Assembly (NCBI RefSeq): GCF_000002075.1
Contig: NW_004797730.1
Location: 421,145 to 485,144, forward strand
Origin: Aplysia californica
Taxonomy: Eukaryota
Direction of reading: 5' to 3'
Length of the DNA: 64,000 bases
The position numbers and the translations under genes were made by a program. The stretch's first letter is position 1. Each line of letters starts with the position of its first letter. Below, one piece after another: positions 51,515 through 59,664 of this stretch. The notes below the pieces were generated by a model. The model saw only the letters and a list, made by a program, of their open reading frames with translations, made no database searches and was not told the DNA's origin.

Positions 51515-54222
51515 ATGCATGTGTATGTTTGTGGGGCCTCCCCCACTTTCTGTAACCTTTCTGTTCTTTGACCCAGAGTTCTATGATGCCCGGAGACGAC
51601 ACACTGACCACTCTGCCAGATGGAGGGAGCACCCTCAAACTGCCCACCACAGCCAGGAGCGGACGAGTCTCAGCCATGTCCCATGGCAGTGTTACAGGTA
51701 ACAAAGATTATTGTCCCGCAACTACCCTCCTTATCCATATTTTGTGATCAACTTAGTGTCAGAATATTAAAAGCCATTGACAAATGAGACTTCAAGTAAA
51801 AAAAAAACATGGGGTCTCATTAAAAAAATTATTTATAGTTAAACCTTATGGGGGCTTTTAAGACACCACAGTTTAGTATAACAAAATTTTAAAGTTTTAA
51901 AGGGGGAAAAACAGTAGGGCCCTCATAAAAAGGAATGGAGATTTAGGATTTCTCCAAAAATCACCAAAATGTAACTCTGCTGGGTTTTTTCCTCCGCGAA
52001 GTCTTCAACTATTTTGAATTCATACAACGAAACAAAAAGTATGTGTTAGTAGTATAGGGTTTTACTGCGCTCGCAACTGCATAAGGTCATATGAGCGTGT
52101 TATAGCAGACCATTTGGAACTGTCAAAAGAAGCGGCTTATCTGTCCCCGTCGTTTTATGCAAGAAAAATTATGAAATTATGCAAACTGAGCCCAAAAATG
52201 TGAAATTATGTGATTCTGTTAATTTCAACAAAGAATGATAAAGGAAAATAATCAGAAATTATGAAAAAAATGATAAAATTTTTCCATGCTGGGTGCATAA
52301 AACCACAGGGACAGTTTTATGTGTCGACCACGAAAAGTCCTTAATTATTATTCATGTTTGTACACACTATCTCCAGTGACTTTGGAGCAGCTGCAGGGTT
52401 CATCCATCATGGAGTCTGTGAATTACATTGATTCTATTAACTACTTCTGTGAGATGATGACAGAGAAGGAGTTAGAGGCACTGCGCAGAGGGGAGGTAAT
52501 GAGAAGACAGAAGGGAGAGACAGTTGTGCAGGCCAAGAATACAGTGCTGGTCCTGCCAAAGATTGCTCAGTGAGTTGAGAGAAAAAAAAAATTGTCTGTT
52601 GTTAATCTATGCATCAAGCTTAACCATGTGGAGTCTCCTATCTGGTATTTGGTTTCTACCATACTTTTTCTTTCTTTTTTAGACTTCATTCCTCAAAGAT
52701 ATTTTGAGAAAGGAGAAGTTTCTCCCTACCTTTCTACCCCATCTATAAAACTGCAAACCCATTTTTTATTTATAGTCAGGCTCATTTAACGGTGACCTAA
52801 GTTTTCAAGGCAGTGATTGGAACTTTATAAAAAAACCTCTCATATTACGAGTATTGATTTCAGATCTATAGTTAGAAGCCTAATAAGTTTCCTATTGGGG
52901 TTGTTTACAGGGCACGGAAAATTGTAGTTGGAATGAAAATATAGCCTACATGTATAGATAGTAAAACAGCTTTGCAGATTTTTAAAAACTCATACCTGAT
53001 GACAATATGTATAGAAAAATTTTCTTTGAGCTGGTTGAACTTGTTTATTTAGTGAACTGTTTGATCTGACCCACAGCAAACCTGCCCTGGTGCGGCTGGG
53101 TGAGATGCACACAAGCAAGTGTCGGCCGGAGCGAGAGACTGTTCTACACACAGGTCAGGGTATAAGCTTTGACCTCATTTATTAGAGCGGGGTTTGCTTT
53201 AGTTCGAATCTGGGCTCTGTTTAACTCTTTGTCTTAGAGGGGGGTAAACCCACTATGCCGGGGTTCTTTTTTTTGTGCTAAATCTAAAAATGAGAAAAAC
53301 GTGTCTAATGAAAGAACTTTGGATATAAGAGACCTGTTTTCGGCAATTGCTGAAAAGTAATTTGATGTCGAAGTCATCGTAAAGGAATGTGCTCGACCCG
53401 ATGTCAGATAAAGAGTTGACCCCTTCATGATGGACAGTTTTTTCAACTTTCACTGTATTCAATTTAAGCTAGCTGAGGAGGAAGGGTTTCTGTTATTTTG
53501 TGCCTTTTCTTGGAGGCTGGGGTTTTTCATTTGGAATGTATGAACTTATCATACACGTGATTTGTAAGTGTTCCTTTGGTTACTTCCCCTCTACCCCCCG
53601 GGGCAGTGCCACTGACTGAAGTGTCTTTAGGCCATTCCCAAAGGGGGGAATCATTTCTCGTTTTAATGCACAGTAGAATTGTAAATGGGCTGATCTAACA
53701 ATGTCATCCTAATAACTGTGCCTGAACTACAACAAGGAACTGCTGCTTTTTCTTTCCTAATCCTTACTATTGTCATTTTCCTCTACTTCTTTTGTATGTT
53801 TGTCACACTCTTGTGACCCGCTATTTCCGGGGTGCCTTGATAGTCGAAGCAGACTTTGTACTGTTGACACTAGAGAGGTGAGCAGAGTAAGTTTTATTCC
53901 CTGTGAGGACTTCTCTGTTGACATCCTGCGAGCGCCGTAAAACCTCTACTAAAACTTAAACTTTCGGTCTTTTGCAGACTTCCGTATGCCAGTCATCACA
54001 AACCGTGGCAGGCATCCGGCTCCTGGTGACCTCAATGGCTTTGTACCAAGCATCAATTTGCCGATGAAACCAGTTTACCTGAACCCATTCCCCTCTGCCA
54101 TCGATGCTCTCCACCCACGCTTCAGCCAGCCTATCCTCATCACTCTCAAGTCAGCGCAGAAATACTTCATTCCATCACAGAGTTATGTGCCCCTAGAGGA
54201 GCATGTGGCTGTTGGGTCTTAG
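3039..54222 (+). CDS. WDR97: WD repeat-containing protein 97 orthologue, 31 coding exons, ~1611 aa (whole gene span)
   Basis: 31 GT-AG exons join with consistent phases into one 4836-nt ORF. WD40 motifs: [36 protein letters not shown]. The segment [21 protein letters not shown]...[36 protein letters not shown]...[12 protein letters not shown]...YLP matches my recollection of human WDR97, which is of similar length. Confidence 0.9.
3921..4034 (+). CDS. WDR97: WDR97 coding exon 2
   Basis: tttag|[38 protein letters not shown]|gttggt, phase 0-0. Confidence 0.85.
4309..4487 (+). mobile_element. short headless retroposon D1
   Basis: 12-bp TSD aatactgtccaa; fixed 5' end gtgggtggttgg. Confidence 0.8.
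4904..5247 (+). mobile_element. tRNA-derived SINE with L2-type (ATT)n tail
   Basis: A box TGGCCTAGTGG, B box GGTTCGAATCC, central cacccaggtgggaatgggtacc, near-identical copy at 40197. Confidence 0.85.
5348..5503 (+). CDS. WDR97: WDR97 coding exon 3
   Basis: ttcag|[13 protein letters not shown]...[10 protein letters not shown]|gtaagt, phase 0-0. Confidence 0.88.
6217..6333 (+). CDS. WDR97: WDR97 coding exon 4
   Basis: atcag|[11 protein letters not shown]...[12 protein letters not shown]|gtatgt, phase 0-0. Confidence 0.85.
7146..7298 (+). CDS. WDR97: WDR97 coding exon 5
   Basis: cgtag|[11 protein letters not shown]...FFAQGNGVV|gtaagc, phase 0-0. Confidence 0.88.
7674..8108 (-). mobile_element. 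MITE family C (Sola-like), diverged copy
   Basis: degenerate TIRs, AAAT TSD, body homologous to the other copies. Confidence 0.75.
8254..8377 (+). CDS. WDR97: WDR97 coding exon 6 (WD40)
   Basis: atcag|VYNIFSG...[26 protein letters not shown]|gtgagt, phase 0-1. Confidence 0.92.
9171..9974 (+). mobile_element. non-autonomous PIF/Harbinger derivative
   Basis: TTA TSD both sides; imperfect ~35-bp TIRs; remnant [27 protein letters not shown] typical of a Harbinger transposase N-terminus. Confidence 0.75.
9580..9719 (+). mobile_element. RTE-type LINE 3' stub nested in the Harbinger element
   Basis: [22 protein letters not shown]; (GAT)n tail; 14-bp TSD actagtgggaaaag. Confidence 0.8.
10127..10289 (+). 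CDS. WDR97: WDR97 coding exon 7 (WD40)
   Basis: ttcag|(I)KIWDSSW...FVGHND...[20 protein letters not shown]|gtacgg, phase 1-2. Confidence 0.92.
11110..11292 (+). mobile_element. short headless retroposon D1
   Basis: 14-bp TSD agaaattacctagt; 3' hairpin ggcgctc...gagcgc. Confidence 0.85.
11362..11490 (+). CDS. WDR97: WDR97 coding exon 8
   Basis: tacag|[10 protein letters not shown]...[17 protein letters not shown]|gtgagg, phase 2-2. Confidence 0.9.
11690..12122 (+). mobile_element. MITE family C (Sola-like)
   Basis: ~34-bp TIR GTGAGGCAGCGTGGTGGAATCAGGCTCTC.TCAA; ATTT TSD. Confidence 0.88.
12652..13086 (+). mobile_element. MITE family C (Sola-like)
   Basis: both TIRs; flanks atgt/atat. Confidence 0.88.
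13241..13416 (+). CDS. WDR97: WDR97 coding exon 9
   Basis: tgcag|[30 protein letters not shown]...AAYAVAE|gtgaga, phase 2-1. Confidence 0.9.
14354..14406 (+). repeat. (AAG)n microsatellite
   Basis: direct observation. Confidence 0.95.
14618..14858 (+). mobile_element. TTAA MITE family A (piggyBac-like)
   Basis: family TIR CCCTATCCGTACG; right TTAA, left TGAA. Confidence 0.8.
15220..15321 (+). CDS. WDR97: WDR97 coding exon 10
   Basis: ttcag|[33 protein letters not shown]|gtatta, phase 1-1. Confidence 0.87.
17913..18339 (-). mobile_element. MITE family C, diverged
   Basis: degenerate TIRs and homologous body in reverse orientation. Confidence 0.75.
18432..18793 (-). mobile_element. RTE-clade LINE 3' fragment
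   Basis: MWFLRRL...FLGHL...[13 protein letters not shown]; (GAT)n tail; 11-bp TSD tgtgtgttgtt. Confidence 0.85.
19880..20313 (-). mobile_element. MITE family C (Sola-like)
   Basis: both TIRs; ATTT TSD; close inverted homologue of 11690-12122. Confidence 0.88.
20579..20796 (+). CDS. WDR97: WDR97 coding exon 11
   Basis: cgcag|[10 protein letters not shown]...[26 protein letters not shown]|gtgagt, phase 1-0. Confidence 0.88.
21217..21289 (+). CDS. WDR97: WDR97 coding exon 12
   Basis: acaag|[24 protein letters not shown]|gtacgc, phase 0-1. Confidence 0.87.
21402..21741 (-). mobile_element. retroposon D2, 5'-truncated
   Basis: 11-bp TSD tgtataagact; reverse homologue of 25220-25618. Confidence 0.8.
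22270..22610 (-). mobile_element. RTE-clade LINE 3' fragment with C2H2 finger
   Basis: [13 protein letters not shown]...[21 protein letters not shown]. Confidence 0.75.
22749..23012 (+). mobile_element. tRNA-derived SINE with Nin-like central domain
   Basis: A/B boxes, cacccagcagtaaatgggtacctg, (ACTTT) tail, 11-bp TSD tactaattatt. Confidence 0.82.
23730..23912 (+). CDS. WDR97: WDR97 coding exon 13
   Basis: catag|[24 protein letters not shown]...VVLYSLPEK|gtaagt, phase 1-1. Confidence 0.92.
25220..25618 (+). mobile_element. retroposon D2 (Meta-like core, shared 3' hairpin)
   Basis: 12-bp TSD ggtcattgtgtg; cccgtgtgcaagttgcgcacgttaaagatccc core. Confidence 0.8.
25872..26056 (+). repeat. minisatellite, ~7 x 26 bp
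   Basis: unit cagacatacatagaaacacaaacaaa. Confidence 0.92.
26174..26356 (+). mobile_element. short headless retroposon D1
   Basis: same body and 5' end; imperfect TSD. Confidence 0.8.
26510..26551 (+). CDS. WDR97: candidate 42-nt in-frame cassette exon in WDR97 intron 13 (not counted among the 31)
   Basis: branch-like actgac, ctttcatag acceptor, ATG|GTGAGT donor, phase 1-1, open frame [14 protein letters not shown]. Confidence 0.5.
27426..27541 (+). repeat. imperfect (TG)n
   Basis: direct observation. Confidence 0.9.
27594..27845 (+). mobile_element. TTAA MITE family A (piggyBac-like)
   Basis: TTAA TSD both sides, TIRs. Confidence 0.85.
28508..28909. other. assembly gaps (28508-28702 and 28746-28909)
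   Basis: N runs. Confidence 1.
30011..30149 (+). CDS. WDR97: WDR97 coding exon 14 (WD40)
   Basis: agcag|[45 protein letters not shown]|gtgggt, phase 1-2. Confidence 0.92.
30291..31144 (+). mobile_element. two head-to-tail MITE family C copies (30291-30706, 30711-31144)
   Basis: two bodies separated only by AAAT. Confidence 0.85.
31170..31314 (+). repeat. tandem repeat, 3 x 47 bp
   Basis: unit tgtaaccatgtttgtcagggccagtatactcagggctgagaaggatc. Confidence 0.9.
31797..31903 (+). CDS. WDR97: WDR97 coding exon 15
   Basis: ttcag|[35 protein letters not shown]|gtaagc, phase 2-1. Confidence 0.92.
32344..32491 (+). CDS. WDR97: WDR97 coding exon 16
   Basis: ttcag|(Y)[14 protein letters not shown]...LKNSHASF|gtcagt, phase 1-2. 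Confidence 0.88.
32975..33050 (+). CDS. WDR97: WDR97 coding exon 17
   Basis: tacag|[25 protein letters not shown]|gtaagc, phase 2-0. Confidence 0.88.
33098..34116 (-). pseudogene. WDR97: inverted partial duplicate of WDR97 (3' half of exon 29, intron 29, exon 30, start of intron 30 with its MITE)
   Basis: reverse complement aligns by eye to 52480-53419; the exon 30 copy differs by one synonymous change. Confidence 0.92.
33102..33368 (-). mobile_element. TTAA MITE family B
   Basis: TIR CTCTTT(G/A)TCTCCG; TTAA on the right; homologues at 53225-53415 and 49675-49883. Confidence 0.8.
34178..34617 (+). mobile_element. MITE family C (Sola-like)
   Basis: both TIRs; ATTA TSD. Confidence 0.88.
35412..35564 (+). 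CDS. WDR97: WDR97 coding exon 18
   Basis: cccag|[18 protein letters not shown]...[16 protein letters not shown]|gtagga, phase 0-0. Confidence 0.88.
35589..35948 (+). repeat. minisatellite, ~10 x 35-37 bp
   Basis: unit ctgtcttgtctttagatttattcatt(a)tatatatac. Confidence 0.92.
36652..36718 (+). CDS. WDR97: WDR97 coding exon 19
   Basis: ttcag|[22 protein letters not shown]|gtatct, phase 0-1; needed to reconcile the phases of exons 18 and 20. Confidence 0.8.
37049..37134 (+). repeat. (TC)n microsatellite
   Basis: direct observation. Confidence 0.95.
37133..37546 (-). mobile_element. Rex1/Babar- or L2-group LINE 3' fragment
   Basis: [11 protein letters not shown]...FYTTTIE...[18 protein letters not shown]. 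Confidence 0.75.
37905..38180 (-). mobile_element. RTE-clade LINE 3' fragment
   Basis: [11 protein letters not shown]...[18 protein letters not shown]. Confidence 0.82.
38591..38853 (+). CDS. WDR97: WDR97 coding exon 20
   Basis: tgcag|[15 protein letters not shown]...[14 protein letters not shown]...IDSLHS|gtgagt, phase 1-0. Confidence 0.88.
39548..39764 (+). CDS. WDR97: WDR97 coding exon 21
   Basis: cacag|[13 protein letters not shown]...PVMDSASG|gtaaaa, phase 0-1. Confidence 0.85.
40197..40526 (+). mobile_element. tRNA-derived SINE (same family as 4904)
   Basis: A/B boxes, (ATT)n tail, imperfect TSD ttcatgt(g/a)ac. Confidence 0.85.
40556..40639 (+). CDS. WDR97: WDR97 coding exon 22 (84 nt, symmetric, possibly alternative)
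   Basis: tgcag|[27 protein letters not shown]|gttggc, phase 1-1, GC-rich relative to intron. Confidence 0.7.
40828..40968 (+). mobile_element. LINE 3' stub
   Basis: [16 protein letters not shown]; (GAA)n tail; 12-bp TSD tgaaaacaaaag. Confidence 0.65.
41193..41380 (+). CDS. WDR97: WDR97 coding exon 23
   Basis: cgaag|[14 protein letters not shown]...[10 protein letters not shown]...DKEASDV|gtaagt, phase 1-0; weak acceptor. Confidence 0.8.
43462..43775 (-). mobile_element. TTAA MITE family A with one extra 67-bp terminal unit
   Basis: TTAACCCTATCCG...CGGATAGGGTTAA, last 67 bp duplicated. Confidence 0.85.
45507..45746 (+). CDS. WDR97: WDR97 coding exon 24 (Pro-rich)
   Basis: aatag|[11 protein letters not shown]...[27 protein letters not shown]|gtgagt, phase 0-0. 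Confidence 0.88.
45763..45937 (+). mobile_element. retroposon D1 with inverted 5' segment
   Basis: 10-bp TSD agagttcaga; first ~38 nt reverse-complemented. Confidence 0.82.
46498..46826 (+). CDS. WDR97: WDR97 coding exon 25
   Basis: tgtag|[19 protein letters not shown]...QFLDGDRDI|gtttgt, phase 0-2; helical-repeat-like. Confidence 0.9.
47517..47952 (+). mobile_element. MITE family C (Sola-like)
   Basis: both TIRs; ATAT TSD. Confidence 0.88.
48162..48400. other. assembly gap
   Basis: N run. Confidence 1.
48405..48554 (+). CDS. WDR97: WDR97 coding exon 26
   Basis: ttag|[27 protein letters not shown]...NQWLD|gtgagt, phase 2-2; polypyrimidine tract hidden in the N gap. Confidence 0.87.
48563..49211 (+). 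mobile_element. TTAA MITE family A with 7 tandem copies of its 67-bp left end
   Basis: units start at 48563, 48630, 48697, 48764, 48831, 48898, 48965; the last continues into a full element ending AGGGTTAA. Confidence 0.9.
49675..49883 (+). mobile_element. TTAA MITE family B, truncated
   Basis: TTAACTCTTTATCT start and homologous body. Confidence 0.7.
50231..50351 (+). CDS. WDR97: WDR97 coding exon 27
   Basis: cacag|[16 protein letters not shown]...GAGSSRR|gtaagc, phase 2-0. Confidence 0.87.
50416..50774 (+). mobile_element. RTE-clade LINE 3' fragment with fold-back 5' end
   Basis: QRIKWFGHL...[12 protein letters not shown]; (AAAGT)n tail; TSD attatgta. Confidence 0.78.
51240..51533 (+). 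repeat. compound (TG)n repeat
   Basis: direct observation. Confidence 0.92.
51577..51697 (+). CDS. WDR97: WDR97 coding exon 28
   Basis: cccag|[17 protein letters not shown]...SHGSVT|gtaaca, phase 0-1. Confidence 0.83.
52377..52569 (+). CDS. WDR97: WDR97 coding exon 29
   Basis: tccag|[27 protein letters not shown]...[11 protein letters not shown]|gtgagt, phase 1-2. Confidence 0.88.
53077..53153 (+). CDS. WDR97: WDR97 coding exon 30
   Basis: cacag|[25 protein letters not shown]|gtcagg, phase 2-1; required to link exons 29 and 31. Confidence 0.87.
53225..53415 (+). mobile_element. TTAA MITE family B, internally deleted
   Basis: TTAA-CTCTTT...AAAGAG-TTGA. Confidence 0.75.
53594..53962 (+). 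mobile_element. retroposon D3
   Basis: starts ccccccggggcagtgcc; homologous to the 56356 and 56858 copies. Confidence 0.8.
53978..54222 (+). CDS. WDR97: WDR97 coding exon 31 (terminal)
   Basis: tgcag|[10 protein letters not shown]...[25 protein letters not shown], stop TAG 54220-54222. Confidence 0.88.
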
Positions 54223-54410
54223 TGGTGAAAAGATCCAAGTTGTCTGTCGATGGTTTTGAGTGACTTTGCTCATGTAGTCACTGATTCTGCTGTGGTTGTA
54301 TTGAGTTGCGTTTCTTTATTTGCATGGCACAAAAAATGTTTGAAAGATGTAATCTGCTGTTGAAATACAGAAGTAAACTCGAGAATATAGAGTTGCTTTT
54401 ATCCATAGTA

Positions 54411-54628
54411 TCCCGATAGAGAAGAGGATCGTACAATGAATGGCAAATAATTGTGTGTGTACTGGTAATATAATTCTAAATTAAGTCCTTGCGGGGAAGG
54501 AATTGCATTACTTGGAGAGGTTTCCCGATAGAGAAGGATCATAATGAATGGCAAATAATTGTACGTGTACTGGTAATGTCATGCTAAATTTAGACATTGC
54601 TGGGAAAGTGTTGCATTACTTGGAGTGC
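54411..54628 (+). repeat. diverged ~110-bp tandem duplication in the 3' UTR
   Basis: tcccgatagagaag...ttgcattacttggag occurs twice. Confidence 0.8.
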
Positions 54629-55051
54629 GTAAAAAGGATAGGAATGTCCTATATTTACCACCTTATCATCCTTTCCCTACGAGATAGTCAGAGAACAAGT
54701 AGGCTTGAGTGCCTGCTTGGAGCACATAGACGAACTGTATATGAAATGGTTGAGACATCCATAGAATATTACTTTCTTTTAAAGTAGATCCTGATTCTGA
54801 GAAGTTGAGCTCTATGTGGAAATAAAGCACAATATTCTTGGTTCCAAGCATTGCGTGAAAATGGAGTAAGTCTTTTGTCTACAAATGTAATATTATGTCC
54901 TTGTGAAACTGATCATGCCCCAACAAATAAAGCATTATGTTTTTGGGTGGTTTTTTAAGTACAATTACGTTCAAGAAGTGGAAGATATAACTCAGACATT
55001 CTTTGTTGGCTTCCAACATGAAAGTCGAAAAGGGAGAAGAAAAAAAGTGTT

Positions 55052-55207
55052 TTTTTGGCAATATAGGAATATCAGTCTATTGTTATCTTTGTTACTACTG
55101 TTGTACGCTCAAAATCTTGAGAAAAAAAATTGTGCTTTTTGGCAATATAGGAATATCAGTCTATTGTTATTTCAGATACTACTGTTGTATGCTCATAATC
55201 TTGAAAA
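55052..55207 (+). repeat. ~84-bp-period tandem duplication in the 3' UTR
   Basis: tttttggcaatataggaatatcagtctattgttat occurs twice. Confidence 0.8.
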
Positions 55208-55822
55208 GTTCAATGGATCATAAGTTATGGTTGGTATCATTTTGGACTTAAGCTGAAATTATAATTAATCGAGGAAAAAATGCTTTTGTTTCCTGTGTCC
55301 TCTGTAATCCAGGTCATGTTACTTCACTCTTTTCATAATATTGTCAACTTTTTTTGAAGTTACAATATAGAGTTATAATACTGCTGAACCATGTACATAC
55401 ATTTTATAAATGAGGTAACTAAGATGCAAGACTTATGTGTGTTTTCATGGAATAATTCATCCAAAAACACTTCTCATTATTTCTTTTTTTATTGCTCTTG
55501 TTAATAGGTTGTTTTTTTTTTCGAGATTGTTATTTCTCTTTGGCATAATGCCGGAGATTTGGAGATTATTTTTTATTTTTATTTTTTTCGGCGGGGGGTG
55601 GTTGTATGTAGGCTACACCTGTATTTTTATATATATATGTATCATCAGTATTTTCTGTGGATTTCTAGAAAGATTCTTTTTTTATCTCTTTATTTCAGAT
55701 TTTACCTAAAAATGTTAAAGTGTCTCATTGTTTGTTAAGTCTTTATTGAGGTTGTTGTTTTTTAAAGTTACAGTTTCTGTGATATTTAAGAATTCAAGAG
55801 TCAAAGCTTTGAGATTCATGCC

Positions 55823-55828
55823 AATAAA
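55823..55828 (+). terminator. candidate polyadenylation signal of WDR97
   Basis: AATAAA followed ~25 nt later by GT/T-rich tract (cttgtctttttatgttctgtt); another AATAAA at 54821. Confidence 0.4.
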
Positions 55829-56355
55829 TCACCCTGTGGTTTGGAAATAACTTGTCTTTTTATGTTCTGTTCTTACTAGTAGGAAAGAGAGTTGCTCATG
55901 TGAGTCCACTAGATTTTGAACTTAATGCTGTCCTACAACGAATACGTTTTACTCTTTTAACTCTATGGGATCTTCTTTGATGTTTATTGAAATGAATATT
56001 CAGGTCAAATATTGCAATACAGTACCTTGGTGCACAGTGGCCAAAAAGTTTGTAATTACATTTTTTGGGGGTGTCAGTTTTCATTTCTGGTCAGTGAGAC
56101 TGCTTAACATCTTCATCTCTGTGAAAAAAGGCCATTGGAATTAGATATCTAGTTTGTGTGTTAAGCACTCAAAGAGCTAAACTGTTTTTTTCAGCGATGG
56201 ATATAATCATTAACAATACTCTCTTCTGTATCTCAAACAACTATTTGAGCATGTTTTCTTTTGATAATATTTAACAACCAGAAAGGTAATTTGAAAGGCA
56301 GCACTCAGGCCTTAATGTACTTTTGTGCACAAAGAGAACCTTAAAGATTCCTTAA

Positions 56356-56751
56356 CCCCCCGGGGCGGTGCCACTGACTGAAGTATCTTTAGACCATTCC
56401 CAAATGGGGGACATTTCTCGTTCTAAAGCACAGTAGAATTGTAAATGGGTGATCCAACCATGTCATGCTCATAACTGTACATGAACTACAACAGGGAACT
56501 GCTGCTTTTTCTTTCCTAATCCTTACTATCGTCATTTTCCTCTATTTCTTTTGTATGTTTGTCACACTCTTGTGACCCGCTATGTACGGGGTGCCTTGAT
56601 AGTTGAAGCAGACTTTGTGCTGTTGAAGCTAGAGAGGCGAGCAGAGTAAGTCTGATTCCCTGTAAGGACTTCTCTGTTGACATCCACCCCTTGGCGCTCA
56701 TATGACCTTATTAAGTTGTGAGCGCCACAAAACGCTCTGCTTAAAAAACAA
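56356..56751 (+). mobile_element. retroposon D3
   Basis: TSD aaagattcc; shared 3' hairpin. Confidence 0.8.
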
Positions 56752-56857
56752 AAAGATTCCCTTCAAACTACATTCCTTAGGAATCTAGAGGGGATTGAAC
56801 CTGGACAGTCCAGATAGTGAGACTCATTTCTTTGAACCTTCCACACACTGACTACTA

Positions 56858-57250
56858 CCCCCCGGGGCAGTGCCACTGACTGAAGTGTCTTTAGGCCGTT
56901 CCCAAAGGGGGGACATATCTCGTTCAAGCCTAGTAGAATTGTAAATGGGCTGACTCATGTCACGCTCATAACTGTGCCTAATCTACAACAGGGAACTGCT
57001 GCTTTTTCTTTCCTGATCCTTACTATTGTCATTTCCTCTACTTCTTTTGTATTTTGTCACTCCCTTGTGGCCTGCTACTTTGGGGTGCCTTGATAGTCGA
57101 AGCATACCTTCTGCTGTTGAAGCTAGAGAGGTGAGCAGTCTAAGTCTGATTCCCTGTAAAGACTTCTCTGTTGACTCCCGCCCCTTGGCGCTCATATGAC
57201 CTTATGCAGTTGCGAGCGCCGTAAAACCCTTTACTATAAAAAAAACCCCT
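56858..57250 (+). mobile_element. retroposon D3
   Basis: same 5' end and 3' hairpin. Confidence 0.8.
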
Positions 57251-59664
57251 CTGACTGCGAACATGAAAAGTCAGATATCCTTTTAGTGAAGTTTTAGTTG
57301 TTTTATTCATTTTTAAAACAAGAAATGAAACCCAGAAATATATAATATACTTGTATGGCAAATCAATGAAGGCAATAGTACTGAGGAAAATGCATTACAA
57401 GTGCAATCGTAGGCTACATAAATAGAAGCAGGGTAGAAACATGGCTGCCAAGAAGAAAAGAAGAAATATCTGTTCCTCAACCCGGTAAAAGATACATGGG
57501 CACTTCACCAATTGCATGCAACAGATATCTTGTGCAAAAGAATGACATAAACACACGTCAAAATAATCGTAGAGATTGAAAATTTCTTGTTCGAAAAAGT
57601 TCCATACTCTGCACTTATGAAAGTGTTTTAATGCATGTGACCTATGTGTAATTTGTGGTAATGTATTATATGAATAATGGTGTTACGCATCCTTTGATGA
57701 GATGCACTTTGCAGTTTATTTTGATAACTACTTCTTTACCTAAAGAAACACACCAAAGCAGTTTTTGTTTTACATTGTTAAGGTATCGCATGCCATGGTG
57801 CTGGGGAACTGAGAAGATTATTCTAATATGCACTAGGCTACACTCTTTTTTTTGCAAGAAAGATCTGTTGAAATGAAATCTACCATTTTTATTCCTCTAA
57901 CAAAACAGGAACCTGGCAAGAGTATAACATTTAAAATGCTATCATCTCACATTGTAAAGAATACAATTAGAAAGTGAAGTATATTGCGAATAGAATCGAC
58001 ATGTAAATAACTGTATATGGAGCTTAAATGCTCAAAACACTGCTGAAATACTGTTATCTATCAAGACAGTGGAATCAATCATATTATAATAATTCTTAAC
58101 ATAAGTATTTTGTCACTTTTGAGGAAGACGAGTTAAAAGCTAAATACATAAATACACTAGGGAGAGTACGGACCACACAAAAAAACCCATTCAGAATCGG
58201 AGAACAATCTTTGCTATCTATAATGTAAAGCGCTCTAGTACCCATTGCCGGGCAAGCAATACATGGAAACAGCTACAGTGTCATCCACCTCCTTCATGGT
58301 TCTCATATTATGATACTATATAAACACAACTATTCAGCATTTGCTATAATATGAACATTAGAATTGCATCACTCAAGTTATAAATATTTATCATCGCAAC
58401 AGCCATGCAAACATTCTCACAGTGGGTGGGTGTGTTATAATATGATGGAACTGAAGAAAGAAAATGGTACATCATGTCTGGTGGGAAAGCTGTTCCCTTT
58501 GGGGCAAACTCTCTTGTGAAAGTTTCCACGTGTAGGTACTTTTCATTCCCGGTCCAGCTGCAAATTCAGTGAGATGTCTTTGCATTCTCTCAGCACTGAA
58601 TCCCCATCAATGAGTTAATATATTCCTCCCTGGCTCTTGACAGAATGGTAGGGGAACAATTTATGACTATAGATATTATTCTAGTCATATGTTGCTGACG
58701 CAATCCCAATGAATGAGGAATTCAGTGCTCAACTTACTTATCTTCAGTACCACCGTCTTGAACTACATAGTATTTATTGAATTAAAAAACCTCAAAAAAA
58801 CAGAACTGTTGAAACATACTCTGGGAAATTCAATGAGATGTACCATTCAGTCAAACAAAAACCTCACTCACTTTAACGTGCAAACCTATGTTAAAGCTAT
58901 GAACCAAAACCCAATCAAACAAAAGTCACACAGTTCTCATATTTTCTCACAGCATTCAACAAAGAAAATGTCGCATTAAACGAAATAAATAGTGACAGGG
59001 CAGGAATTATGGTGTGCCCAAGCCTTTATGCCATTATAAAAATAACTCTACTCTACTTCTCCTATTTTATCAATATTTTAGTGCTCATCATTTTGGAAAA
59101 AAAACTACAGCGTTTGAACAAGTATGGCATTCAGATTATTCTGTAGTTTCAAATATTGCCCCCCCCCCCCCCATAAGAATCTGGTCAAATGTCTGTTTCC
59201 TTATGACCAGTTCTTGTACATACATCATATTATCCAGGTATTTGTATTTATATTCAGCTCGACTATCATCGTTTGATGAAACCTTCCATTAAAACTACAC
59301 CTCTCACAATTAGAATACAGCGTTAAAAATGTGCTGCAAATATGTTTGTTTTTTTCACAATGAACCCTATTTTAAAACGAAGAGCACTTCCTACTCAAGA
59401 AAACAAATAGAAAAGGAACAACCTGCCAAAACACCTTGCCGAAAAGGAAGGTTTTGCATGAGCTTCAATTTACGTCAGTAATGGTTGGGGGTTTTTTTTG
59501 TTCTTGTAAAAATGGAAAAGTTTTTTTGTTTTTACCCAGCATAGGCCTATCTATTAAAAAAGTGCCTCTAAAATCATGACTTGACGCTACGCGTCAGCAA
59601 CAGTCTAAGACAATCGTCAATTAATTGATGTGTAAATCTGACTAAATTTGAAAGAAGAAAATAA

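Noticed and set aside
51185-51571. His/Thr- and Cys/Val-rich ORFs (also 25747-26080, 27252-27569, 61082-61296)
   Set aside because: Translations of microsatellites and minisatellites.
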